A DNA stretch of 62,629 bases, the filler included, from Calcarisporiella thermophila CBS 279.70 (lineage: Eukaryota; Fungi; Calcarisporiellomycota): NCBI RefSeq assembly GCF_041956535.1. It is 11 parts of 10 records of this genome, joined end to end, with 100 filler letters (N's around TTAATTAATTAA, not from the genome) between each part and the next. Parts side by side here need not be neighbours in the genome. Positions count along the whole stretch, not along the records: positions 58,782 to 62,629 come from NW_027192236.1; 10 more parts are not named here. One strand, given 5' to 3'. The notes under the pieces are model-generated. The model saw only the letters and a program-made list of their open reading frames with translations, had not been told where the DNA came from and ran no database searches. Numbering within the stretch: position 1 is the first letter of the stretch; the number at the start of each line of letters is the position of its first letter. The position numbers and the translations under genes were made by a program. Below are positions 62,543-62,629 of the stretch, piece after piece.

Positions 62543-62614
62543 TGCCGTCGCCCGGAATCGAACCGGGATCATCACGGCCACAACGTGATGTACTAACCAT
62601 TATACTACGACGGC
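62543..62614 (-). tRNA. tRNA-His (GTG)
   Basis: GCCGTCGTAGTATAATGGTTAGTACATCACGTTGTGGCCGTGATGATCCCGGTTCGATTCCGGGCGACGGCA folds into a cloverleaf with anticodon GTG. Confidence 0.96.
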
Positions 62615-62629
62615 ATATAATTGGATGGT

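Overview
Eukaryotic, intron-containing fungal DNA. It is most consistent with an early-diverging fungus (Mucoromycota/Zoopagomycota-like), but that is inferred from gene content and not proven. The window is not contiguous: 11 contigs are joined by artificial 100-nt N...TTAATTAATTAA...N linkers, so linkage is only meaningful within a contig. The main result is a compact four-gene biosynthetic cluster on one contig (12531-22384). It contains a DHA14 MFS exporter, a PSPG-box UDP-glycosyltransferase, a 4-exon isocyanide synthase-Fe(II)/2OG dioxygenase fusion, and a divergently transcribed MalA-type Zn-binding flavin-dependent halogenase. Together these predict a halogenated, glycosylated vinyl-isocyanide (or isocyanide-derived) metabolite. 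Other highlights: an intact 5-exon P-loop NTPase + REase-like (Crinkler/CR-type) gene inside a ~6 kb inverted-repeat-bounded, Tc1-littered segment; a complete tRNA-derived SINE with a 15-bp target-site duplication and encoded CCA; an E-C-A NRPS fragment; two small secreted Cys-rich proteins; candidate uORFs before a GC-rich ornithine decarboxylase; and several long palindromes. Housekeeping genes present are ODC, NST1-like, a homeodomain TF, URB1/NPA1, a cytochrome-b5 MAPR protein, a PA-RING E3, a DUF2423/LLPH-like protein, casein kinase I and tRNA-His(GTG). LINE, Tc1/mariner and Harbinger remnants are also present.
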